Shown one piece after another: positions 56,328 through 64,000 of a stretch of 64,000 nucleotides of DNA. Source of the DNA: Candidatus Latescibacterota bacterium (GTDB lineage: Bacteria; Latescibacterota; UBA2968); NCBI GenBank assembly GCA_965222605.1, contig OZ244960.1, forward strand, positions 4,864,001 through 4,928,000. The letters run 5' to 3'. Position numbers and translations under genes: made by a program. The notes under the pieces were generated by a model. It saw nothing but the letters and a program-made list of their open reading frames with translations. It was not told where the DNA came from and made no database searches. The stretch's first letter is position 1; each line of letters opens with the position of its first letter.

Positions 56328-57107
56328 TCATTCAAAGAGCGAAGGGAAGTGGCGATGGGGTTCTGCTGGCTCTCGGAAGAGAATCTGCTGGCGTGGTGTC
56401 AGTTCTATGTTGGTCGGCGGTTGTACGCGATTGGGCCTCCAGGCGGTGTGCGCTACGCAGTATTTATAGAGGAGAGAGCGTCGTTCGTGCTTGCCGTACC
56501 AGGCTGAGGTCCCGTGCGTTAGAGCTTCGGTAAATAAAATAGCGGATCCGGCGGGTGCATGCGGAATGATTACTTGGGGCGATTTTTCGGGTGCATCGAA
56601 TATCTTTTGGGGCAATCGGTAGTTGCTTTTGTGACTGCCGGGAATGCAGCAGAATCCTCCGTGGTCTGGTCCTGCGTCTGTGAGGCTCCACGCAACAACC
56701 ATGAATCCGTCGGTTATCTCGTGTTTGGGGAAATGAAAGTATTTGCCCTGCACCGATCCCGAAATGGGCGACATGGCGCCGTAGTCGGCGTGCAGACGCC
56801 CTCTTTCCATGCCTGCTTTCATGTACATGCCATAGAGGCGATCAAGGCGAAAGCAGTCGCCTAATCGGAAGCGCAATATGGGCATAATTTGAGGGTGATC
56901 AAGGAGGTCGCAAAAGGGTTTTCCCCATTGCAGAAAGCCCGGCCCTTCTGGCGCGCTGCCAAATCGCTGCGTTTTGCCCGGTGGGGGCAGTTTTTGTCGG
57001 TCAAATAGTTCATTGAGTGTTGCTACTTCGTCTGCGTTTAAGGCATTTTCAACCACGAGGTAGCCCTGCAAGTCGAACAGATACTGTTGTATTTCAAGGT
57101 CTTCCAT
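56328..57107 (-). CDS. PhyH-family protein
   Basis: YLFDLQGYLVV; IPGSHKSN; FTEALTHG. Confidence 0.88.
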   Translation of the reverse strand: MEDLEIQQYLFDLQGYLVVENALNADEVATLNELFDRQKLPPPGKTQRFGSAPEGPGFLQWGKPFCDLLDHPQIMPILRFRLGDCFRLDRLYGMYMKAGMERGRLHADYGAMSPISGSVQGKYFHFPKHEITDGFMVVAWSLTDAGPDHGGFCCIPGSHKSNYRLPQKIFDAPEKSPQVIIPHAPAGSAILFTEALTHGTSAWYGKHERRSLLYKYCVAHTAWRPNRVQPPTNIELTPRQQILFREPAEPHRHFPSLFE

Positions 57108-57371
57108 AATATCCTCCTGTTATTTTTTGATGATGCGGTGTATTAAAATCCCGATTGTGGATTGATCCTCAGCGTATTCTGTAGTATCATATTGGATTTT
57201 CGACTTTGGACTATATTAGATTTCGACTTTGGACGCAAGGAGAAAGACCAGCAAATGGTCGGTTGCAAAATCAGGTGGAACGCATTATATTTCTCCGCGC
57301 TTTATTATTTTACGCAAAAGAAACGGTGTATATCACGCCGTTTCTTTTTTTCCAAATAACAGGAGTGGGCT

Positions 57372-58412
57372 ATGGCAGTTAAAACATGTCTTATGGTGGG
57401 CGGCGGTGGTATGGCAGGGGGCTGGATCAATCGCATGACGCAAAAATTTGAAGATCGCATCAAAATCATCGGTCTCGTCGATGTCAATCGGGATGTGCTG
57501 GACCAGCAGGCGCGGGCACTTGGCCTATCCAAAGATCAACTTTTTACCTCACACAAAGATGCTATGTCCGCTGTCAAAGCCGATTTTTGTGGTGTGGCAA
57601 CACCGCCGCCGTTTCACGCGCCGGCAACGGTTGCCGCGCTTGAGGCGGGCATGCCTGTGATATCTGAAAAGCCGATTGCAGACACCCTCGATGCGGCCAA
57701 AGACATGGTTCGCGCTGCTCAAAAGACGGGTTTGCCCTGCGCCATTATTCAAAATTATCGCTATGCCCGAAACAAACAGGAACTCGTTCGCATTCGCAAT
57801 GAGGAGCGCCTCGGTCGGCTCCAGCATATTATTGGACGCTATGCCTGCAATTATCGAGAATTTGAGTCATGGGGCAAAGCCTGGCGGCATACGATGGAAT
57901 TTGGTCTTCTCTTTGAAGGCTCAGTGCATCATTTTGACATGCTGCGCTTTCTTTCGGGCGGCGATCCCGATACACTTATGGGATTTGGCTGGAATCCCGA
58001 ATGGTCGAGTTTTGATCACCATTCGAGCGGGATGTATCTCGTGAATATGGACAATGGCACGCATACGTTTTATGAGGGGAACAGCTCAGCGGCGGGTATT
58101 ACCAACTGCTGGCATCGGGAACACTATCGCGCTGAATTTGAAGAAGGTACGGTTGAGATCGCCGAAGGTGCTACCGTGACTATTCACCGTGTTGGAGAAG
58201 AGCCAGAAGTTTATGAAGCACCTGAAATTGAATGGGAAGGTCACGATCATCTCTTCGATGAATTTCTCAATTGGCTCGACGGGGGACCGCCTTCAGAGAC
58301 GCGTATTGAAAAAAATATTATCTCGTATGCTATGGTTATCGCCGCGATGGAGACGACGCTGGATGGGCAGCCGAAGAAAATCGCAGATTATGTTGCAGAT
58401 CTCGATTTGTAG
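57372..58412 (+). CDS. Gfo/Idh/MocA oxidoreductase
   Basis: GGGGM; EKPIA; QNYRY; HHFD. Confidence 0.9.
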   Translation: MAVKTCLMVGGGGMAGGWINRMTQKFEDRIKIIGLVDVNRDVLDQQARALGLSKDQLFTSHKDAMSAVKADFCGVATPPPFHAPATVAALEAGMPVISEKPIADTLDAAKDMVRAAQKTGLPCAIIQNYRYARNKQELVRIRNEERLGRLQHIIGRYACNYREFESWGKAWRHTMEFGLLFEGSVHHFDMLRFLSGGDPDTLMGFGWNPEWSSFDHHSSGMYLVNMDNGTHTFYEGNSSAAGITNCWHREHYRAEFEEGTVEIAEGATVTIHRVGEEPEVYEAPEIEWEGHDHLFDEFLNWLDGGPPSETRIEKNIISYAMVIAAMETTLDGQPKKIADYVADLDL

Positions 58413-58427
58413 TGACTTACCAAATCG

Positions 58428-58465
58428 CAAAAAAGCCCCCCGTATTACTGCTGCGGGGGGCTTTG
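58428..58465. terminator. Bidirectional terminator
   Basis: AAAGCCCCCCG...CGGGGGGCTTT between convergent genes. Confidence 0.75.
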
Positions 58466-58486
58466 TATAAGCGAATGGTGAATTGG

Positions 58487-59287
58487 TTATATTCCAGACA
58501 AGATTCCCTTGATATATCCCAGCGTAAAGGCGAGGTCGCGGTCTATACCCTCAGGCGTTTTGGAGCCGACACATTCTACGTAGAGGGGTCCTGTGAATCC
58601 CCCGCCGATTAGTCCGGATAAGATGCGGTGAAAATCGACTTCGCCATCTCCCGCTGTGGTCTGCACATTGGGGTTGTTCTCGGAATCCAGGGCGCAATCT
58701 TTTATAATGGCAGTTGAGGTGTATCTTGCAATATCATCCACTTCCTGCTCTGGACGCACTTCGCCGCGCGTATAGTGAATGATGTTGCCCGGGTCGTAGC
58801 TTACCGCAAATGCCGGGCGATTGATCTGGTGATACAGGTCGATCAATTCTTTCGCGGTCAGGCTGATGCCCCCGTGTGGCTTGAGGGAGATGCCCAGGTC
58901 TAAGGTTTCCGCGTGTTCGGCTGCACGGCGCATGACTTCGGGATATATGCCGTAATATTCTTTTTTCCCCGTTCCCAATTCCAATATCCACTTTGCGCCG
59001 AGTTCGGCTGCGTTATCCAGCAATTGTTTATAGGCATCCACTGCGCCATCCACCCCGTGTTCCAACATCGCTCTGCCGAGCAACATGGATGGATTGACAC
59101 CTGCTTGTGCTGCGGCATTTTTTGTGGCTGCGATTTGCGCTGCACTGCTTTCTGTATTTACGGGTATAACCCCATCGTGTGCAAATACAGCTACGTCTGT
59201 ATATCCCGCGCTTGCGATGTGTTCACATGCCTCTGCAAATGACGGGGCATTAAGAGGTCGCGTTGTGCTGCCAATGACCAGTTCCAT
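58487..59287 (-). CDS. Sugar-phosphate isomerase/epimerase (xylose isomerase-like TIM barrel)
   Basis: KPHGG, YDPGN, IKD, GDG.VDF, GF.GPLYVE. Confidence 0.85.
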   Translation of the reverse strand: MELVIGSTTRPLNAPSFAEACEHIASAGYTDVAVFAHDGVIPVNTESSAAQIAATKNAAAQAGVNPSMLLGRAMLEHGVDGAVDAYKQLLDNAAELGAKWILELGTGKKEYYGIYPEVMRRAAEHAETLDLGISLKPHGGISLTAKELIDLYHQINRPAFAVSYDPGNIIHYTRGEVRPEQEVDDIARYTSTAIIKDCALDSENNPNVQTTAGDGEVDFHRILSGLIGGGFTGPLYVECVGSKTPEGIDRDLAFTLGYIKGILSGI

Positions 59288-59310
59288 TATTTACTCCTTC
59301 CTCATTTTAT

Positions 59311-59340
59311 GACGGACAGGCACAGGGACCTGCCTCTATA
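59311..59340 (-). repeat. REP-like element
   Basis: Minus strand TATAGAGGCAGGTCCCTGTGCCTGTCCGTC; related to the element at 20719. Confidence 0.55.
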
Positions 59341-59354
59341 TTTGTGGATTGCGT

Positions 59355-60155
59355 TCACCCGTGGGTACTAATATCTTTCCCGCAATGCGGGCATTTATCG
59401 CCGCGATGAGATTCCTGCATGGCTTCGACAAATCCGGAACTCAAAATGCCAGCGGGCAAGGCAAACATCCCAACGCCGAGCACGGCAATTAATGCCCCGA
59501 AGAATTTGCCCAATGGCGTTATGGGAAAGACATCGCCGTAGCCCACGGTTGTCAACGTTACAATTCCCCACCACATGGTTGTTGGAATACTCGCAAATGC
59601 CTCGGGTTGTGCGTGGTGTTCGACAAAATACATCAAGCTGGATACAATGACCAATAAGAGCGTCAATGCAAATGCCACGATATAAAGCTCATGGCGTTTT
59701 TGCCATATTACCCGGCCAAACATTTGCATCGAATGCGAATAGCGGCCCACTTTGAGCAGGCGAAACAACCGCAACAAGCGCAGGGGCAGCGTGTAATTGG
59801 GCGGTACTGTTGTTAGAAAGAAAACGTAATAGGGAAAAATGGCAATGAGATCGATCAATGCCAGAGGCGTTAGCATAAATGCCAACCGCCCCTTCAGGGG
59901 GCGCGCGAATCTTGTATCTGCCGTGCAACACCAGATGCGCAGCATGTATTCAACGGTGAAGATCAGCACGCATACAGTTTCAAAAAGCTCGATAAATTCG
60001 CCATAAGTCTCATTAATTCCCTCGACAGTTTCGAGTATGACCATTGTCACATTCAGGACGATGAGTGTGATGATAAAAAGATCAACTATGCGGCTCAGCA
60101 GATCCCCTTCTTCGGCTTTTTCCAAGATTGCATACAAGTGTGTCTTTGCGGTCAT
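59355..60155 (-). CDS. Voltage-gated potassium channel (ion transporter)
   Basis: S4 segment LRLLRLFRLLK; selectivity filter TTVGYGD; C-terminal CPHCG. Confidence 0.93.
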   Translation of the reverse strand: MTAKTHLYAILEKAEEGDLLSRIVDLFIITLIVLNVTMVILETVEGINETYGEFIELFETVCVLIFTVEYMLRIWCCTADTRFARPLKGRLAFMLTPLALIDLIAIFPYYVFFLTTVPPNYTLPLRLLRLFRLLKVGRYSHSMQMFGRVIWQKRHELYIVAFALTLLLVIVSSLMYFVEHHAQPEAFASIPTTMWWGIVTLTTVGYGDVFPITPLGKFFGALIAVLGVGMFALPAGILSSGFVEAMQESHRGDKCPHCGKDISTHG

Positions 60156-60332
60156 CGCGTTTACCTCCCGCTCCAAAATAGAATTGTTTTGCGATCTTTA
60201 CAAGTGAATATTAAGGGAAGGTGAGAGGGTCTCACACAAAGACACAAAGACACAAGGATACAAGAGGTGAGGGGGCGCCCTTACCGAGTCGAGGCAGGGA
60301 TGCCTTTCTTACAAATCTATGGGAGATTTGAT

Positions 60333-62276
60333 TTGTCCGATTTTTTAAAAAATTCAATTGTCAGGGTGATTTTTGCGATTATTCTTGCGGTGGTTCTGGT
60401 AGGTGTTTTGCCGGGGAATCGGGAGCGCGTTTTACACGAACAAATGTTGACAGCGATTCCCAAATTGGCGGAACAGTTTGGCGATTATCCGTGGGTGCTT
60501 TCGCCAGATGCGGATCGCATGTTGCAAAATGTCTTTGCCGAAGCACAAGGTCGTCGGCCTGATGTGTCTGGTGAGGGTGAAGGTATTGTATTTCGCGGCG
60601 GGGCAACTTCCGCGGGTTACCACCTCGTTGCTGTGCGGGGTTCTGATGAACGTGGGGAAGTCCTATCGCCCGTTACAGCCTGGAGTCTTTTTCCACCTGT
60701 TGCTGCGATTCTGGTGGCTATTATCAGCGGTCGTCTTATTCTGGGGCTTTCGCTGGCTATTTTCGCGGGGGGATTTCTCGCGTCGCTGGGGGAACCTCTT
60801 TATTATTTGCCGATTATTGCGCTGCAAAAATCCCTGATTGGCTATGTTTGGACGCCTTTGGAAAGTTCGTTTCAGCTCTATATTCTCGCGTTTACCGCAG
60901 GGCTTATCGGTATGGTGCGCGTTACCACGCTTTCGGGTGGCAATCTCGGTATTGCCAATGTTCTCTCTCGACGCGCCGAGGGCGCGCGTTCAACGCGGCT
61001 GGCGGCATTTTTTATGGGTCTTGCCATTTTTTTTGACGACTATGCCAATTCTATTGTGGTTGGCTCTACGTTGCGCCCGATAGCGGATCGGTTCAGGGTG
61101 TCGCGCGAAAAGCTCGCGTATATTGTCGATTCGACCGCCGCCCCTATTGCGGGTATTGCGATTATCAGTACGTGGATTGGATACGAAGTCAGCCTTTTTC
61201 AGGATTTGATGGTTGATCTCAAGACCGGGCTGTCGGGATACCAGCTTTTTTTTAATGCCCTGCCCTTGCGTTTTTATTGTTTGCTTACGCTTACTTTTGT
61301 GTTGCTTTCGGCTTATCTTCGCCGTGATTACGGACCTATGCTCGCCGCTGAACGCCGCGCACAAACAACGGGTCAGGTGATGCGTCCCGGCGCGACGCCA
61401 ATGACGGGGCGCGCACAAGATGAGATTGGTCCTGTTGAGAGCGTCCATCCCGTGTGGTGGGCGGCTGTTTTGCCCGTGGTTCTCGTTATTGTGTGCGTTA
61501 TTGGGGGGATGGCTTTTGATACGTGGGATCACGAGAGGGTTCTGGCTGCGCGGCGGGATTATGGTTTGATGAGTAGCGCGTTTTGGAGTGCATGTTTTTC
61601 AAATGCCAATACCGCACAGGTGCTTTTTATTGCCGCAATGCTCGGTTCTGCGCTCGCGATTGTGATAGCTATTACGCGCAGGCATGGTGAAACGGGTGCG
61701 CGGGTTATTTCTGTGGGGGATGCTGTCTCGACATGGGCGCGCGGTATTGTCGGCGTGTGGTATGCGATTGTTATTCTGATTCTCGCATGGGCGATCAAAG
61801 AGGTCTGCGCGGATGCGGGTACGTCAACTTATCTTACCGCGGCACTGTCTCCGCTTATTACCCCGGGTCTGCTGCCTCTGCTAATTTTTCTTCTCGCTGC
61901 TCTTGTTGCCTTTTCAATTGGCACGTCCTGGACGACTATGGCGATTCTCATTCCTACGGTTGTCCCGCTCGCACATGCATTGGGGGGGCTGCCGCTGACG
62001 ATCCTGGCAGCCGCGGCTGTGCTCGATGGGGCGATTTTTGGCGACCATTGCTCGCCTATTAGCGATACCACCGTGATGGCGAGTATCGCATCGTCTTGTG
62101 ACCACCTTGATCACGTTAAGACACAACTCCCCTACGCGCTGACGACGATGAGTGTCGCGGGCATTTTTGGCTATCTGGGGACGGCGGTGATTTATCCGGG
62201 TTGGGTTGGTCTCATCCTGGGCCTGATTGCCATTCCAATAATTCTTCTCACTATAGGTAAAAATCCGGATGAATAG
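60333..62276 (+). CDS. NhaC-family Na+/H+ antiporter-like transporter
   Basis: FFDDYAN, SREKLAYIVDSTAAP, GTSW.T.AI, FGDHCSPISDTT, HV.TQLPYA. TTG start after GGGAG assumed. Confidence 0.9.
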   Translation: MSDFLKNSIVRVIFAIILAVVLVGVLPGNRERVLHEQMLTAIPKLAEQFGDYPWVLSPDADRMLQNVFAEAQGRRPDVSGEGEGIVFRGGATSAGYHLVAVRGSDERGEVLSPVTAWSLFPPVAAILVAIISGRLILGLSLAIFAGGFLASLGEPLYYLPIIALQKSLIGYVWTPLESSFQLYILAFTAGLIGMVRVTTLSGGNLGIANVLSRRAEGARSTRLAAFFMGLAIFFDDYANSIVVGSTLRPIADRFRVSREKLAYIVDSTAAPIAGIAIISTWIGYEVSLFQDLMVDLKTGLSGYQLFFNALPLRFYCLLTLTFVLLSAYLRRDYGPMLAAERRAQTTGQVMRPGATPMTGRAQDEIGPVESVHPVWWAAVLPVVLVIVCVIGGMAFDTWDHERVLAARRDYGLMSSAFWSACFSNANTAQVLFIAAMLGSALAIVIAITRRHGETGARVISVGDAVSTWARGIVGVWYAIVILILAWAIKEVCADAGTSTYLTAALSPLITPGLLPLLIFLLAALVAFSIGTSWTTMAILIPTVVPLAHALGGLPLTILAAAAVLDGAIFGDHCSPISDTTVMASIASSCDHLDHVKTQLPYALTTMSVAGIFGYLGTAVIYPGWVGLILGLIAIPIILLTIGKNPDE

Positions 62277-62419
62277 TTATTAGCGGTTAGCCCGTCCAGC
62301 CAGCTTTTGCCGGTTTTTTCTTTCAGCGCTCTATTGTTTTCTTGACTTCTATTTGCAAGTGATTCATGTATGCCCTGTCGTCTGTTTTTTATGGGTTTGA
62401 GATTTTGAAGGAGTTTGCT

Positions 62420-63361
62420 ATGACTATTCAGGAGCAATTGCACCACGAGCAGTTGAACGATGAATCGCTGAGTTTTCTCAAAGCAATTGGCGTTGACTAT
62501 CTGACGATCAATCCGTCGATGGATATGCGCGATGGCAAAGACCGCCGTGCGTACTGGGAAGAGATACGGGATAGGGCTGCTGATCACGGCCTGATTTTGC
62601 GGAACGCCGCCAGCTATGGTTGGGATGAATTTACTCTGGATTTGGAAGATCGCGATGAAAAAATAGATGCATGGTGTATGTTCATCCGCAACCTGGGTGA
62701 GGCAGGGATACCCACTCTGGGATACAATTTTAAGCCGATTGGCAATTTTCGCACAGAATCGGCGACGGGGCGCGGCGGCGTCAAATACAGCACGTTTGAT
62801 TATGACGAATGGGCGCGCGAGCGCGTGTATGTTCCCGATAAAGTAATCTCAGAAGCTGGCATGTGGGAAAATATCGAATACTTTTTGAAGCGCGTGGTGC
62901 CCGTGGCTGAGGAATACGGCGTGAGGATGGCATTGCATCCGGATGATCCACCCATTCCCGAACCAATGGGTGGGGCCGCGCGCATTGTATCGACATTGGA
63001 GCAATATCACCGTATCTTTGACCTTGCCCCCAGTTCGAGCAATGCCATGCTATTTTGCCAGGGTTGTGTCGCCGAAATGGGCGAAGACGTTTGCGAAGCG
63101 ATCCGAGATATTGGCGGTAGGGACAAAATTGTGTACGTGCATTTTCGAGATATTCAGGGTACGCCGAGAAGTTTTCGAGAAGTGTTTATCGATGAAGGGC
63201 AAAACGATATGCACAAAGCGATGCAGACCTACAAGGAGGTGGGTTTTAATGGTCCGTTTATGATGGACCATACCCCCAGGTTTTGGCAATCGGGGACTGA
63301 GTGGGCAGGGCGCGCCTTTGCCGTGGGGTACATGCGCGCGTTGATTCAGGTGGTTTATTAA
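62420..63361 (+). CDS. uxuA: Mannonate dehydratase family protein
   Basis: GYNF, VPVAEE.GV.MALHPDDPP, HFRD, DEG..DM, DHTP, A.GY..AL. Confidence 0.85.
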   Translation: MTIQEQLHHEQLNDESLSFLKAIGVDYLTINPSMDMRDGKDRRAYWEEIRDRAADHGLILRNAASYGWDEFTLDLEDRDEKIDAWCMFIRNLGEAGIPTLGYNFKPIGNFRTESATGRGGVKYSTFDYDEWARERVYVPDKVISEAGMWENIEYFLKRVVPVAEEYGVRMALHPDDPPIPEPMGGAARIVSTLEQYHRIFDLAPSSSNAMLFCQGCVAEMGEDVCEAIRDIGGRDKIVYVHFRDIQGTPRSFREVFIDEGQNDMHKAMQTYKEVGFNGPFMMDHTPRFWQSGTEWAGRAFAVGYMRALIQVVY

Positions 63362-63375
63362 GAGAGGAGAGCAAT

Positions 63376-64000
63376 ATGGAAAAGAATACAGCAAGTTCTC
63401 AGCAGGTCGTCAAGGTAGCCATGATCGGTGCGGGTGGGCGGTCGCGCAGTGTACACTATCCCTCGCTAAGAGATATGGAAGATGTCAAAATGGTGGCCGT
63501 ATGTGAGTTGAATGAAGTGCGCATGATGGAGGTGTCGGGAGAGTACGATATTCCCGCGCGATACACCAATTATGTGACGATGATCGAACGGGAAAAACCC
63601 GATGTGGTTTATGCGATTATGCCACCGCATCACGTGTACGATCTGGCAGCAAATATTATGGATATGGGCGTCAATATCATCATTGAAAAACCGCCTTCGG
63701 TGACGACCGAGCAGGCCAAACAGATGGCGTTGCTGGCGAAAAAGAACAATGTGATTACAGGGGTGACGTTCCAGAGGCGGTTTGCGCCGGTGATCCGCAT
63801 GGGAAAAGAAATATGCGAAAAAAATGGGCCGATTCACAGCGCGGCGGCGTATTTTTACAAAAATGAAGTTGGCGGACGACCCATTTACAAGGGCGCGATG
63901 GAGAAACTGACCTGCGATGGCATTCACGCAGTGGATACCCTGCGGTATTTGTGTGGGGGAGAAGTAGAAGCGGTGGCGAGCGATGTGCGGCGATTGGATA
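63376..64000 (+). CDS. Gfo/Idh/MocA oxidoreductase (3'-truncated by window edge)
   Basis: Not in the ORF track. MEKN...VAMIGAGGRS..VHYPSL...IEKPP...FQRRF...DGIHAVD, open to the end; GAGGAG RBS. Confidence 0.88.
   Translation, partial: MEKNTASSQQVVKVAMIGAGGRSRSVHYPSLRDMEDVKMVAVCELNEVRMMEVSGEYDIPARYTNYVTMIEREKPDVVYAIMPPHHVYDLAANIMDMGVNIIIEKPPSVTTEQAKQMALLAKKNNVITGVTFQRRFAPVIRMGKEICEKNGPIHSAAAYFYKNEVGGRPIYKGAMEKLTCDGIHAVDTLRYLCGGEVEAVASDVRRLD

Overview
This is a bacterial chromosomal window. Gene content (sulfatase, PhyH and Gfo/Idh/MocA paralogues, Omp85 and outer-membrane proteins, long-form GuaA) suggests a diderm of the FCB/Latescibacterota-Gemmatimonadota type; that assignment is an inference. 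Two accessory regions sit in a housekeeping and catabolic backbone (dapL, gdh, nadB, guaA, tRNA-Thr, ddl, ispDF, queA, uxuA). (1) 1-12.9 kb is a type I R-M defence locus. hsdS and hsdR are separated by cargo genes: a DarG-like gene lacking its macrodomain, an AlbA_2/Schlafen-HATPase gene and an ImmA/IrrE + PIN pair. A second AlbA_2 gene follows hsdR. The cargo genes are delimited by non-coding elements made of 11-bp tandem repeats around an invariant 25-bp TAA-N4-TTG-N12-TTA core, and a complete IS (19-bp TIRs, 6-bp TSD) sits in one core. HsdR carries a BrnA-antitoxin-like N-terminal extension. (2) 40.5-49.4 kb, between the guaA 3' end and tRNA-Thr, is a candidate new RiPP cluster behind a sigma-54-type promoter. 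It encodes two GT-B glycosyltransferases (one with a possible RRE-like C-terminal domain), two double-glycine-type precursors whose acidic cores share D-x-[IV]-D-x-[IV]-x-D-x-V-S-[DE], a cNMP-C39-ABC transporter, HlyD and a parvulin-like protein. All family assignments were made by eye; no database searches were run.
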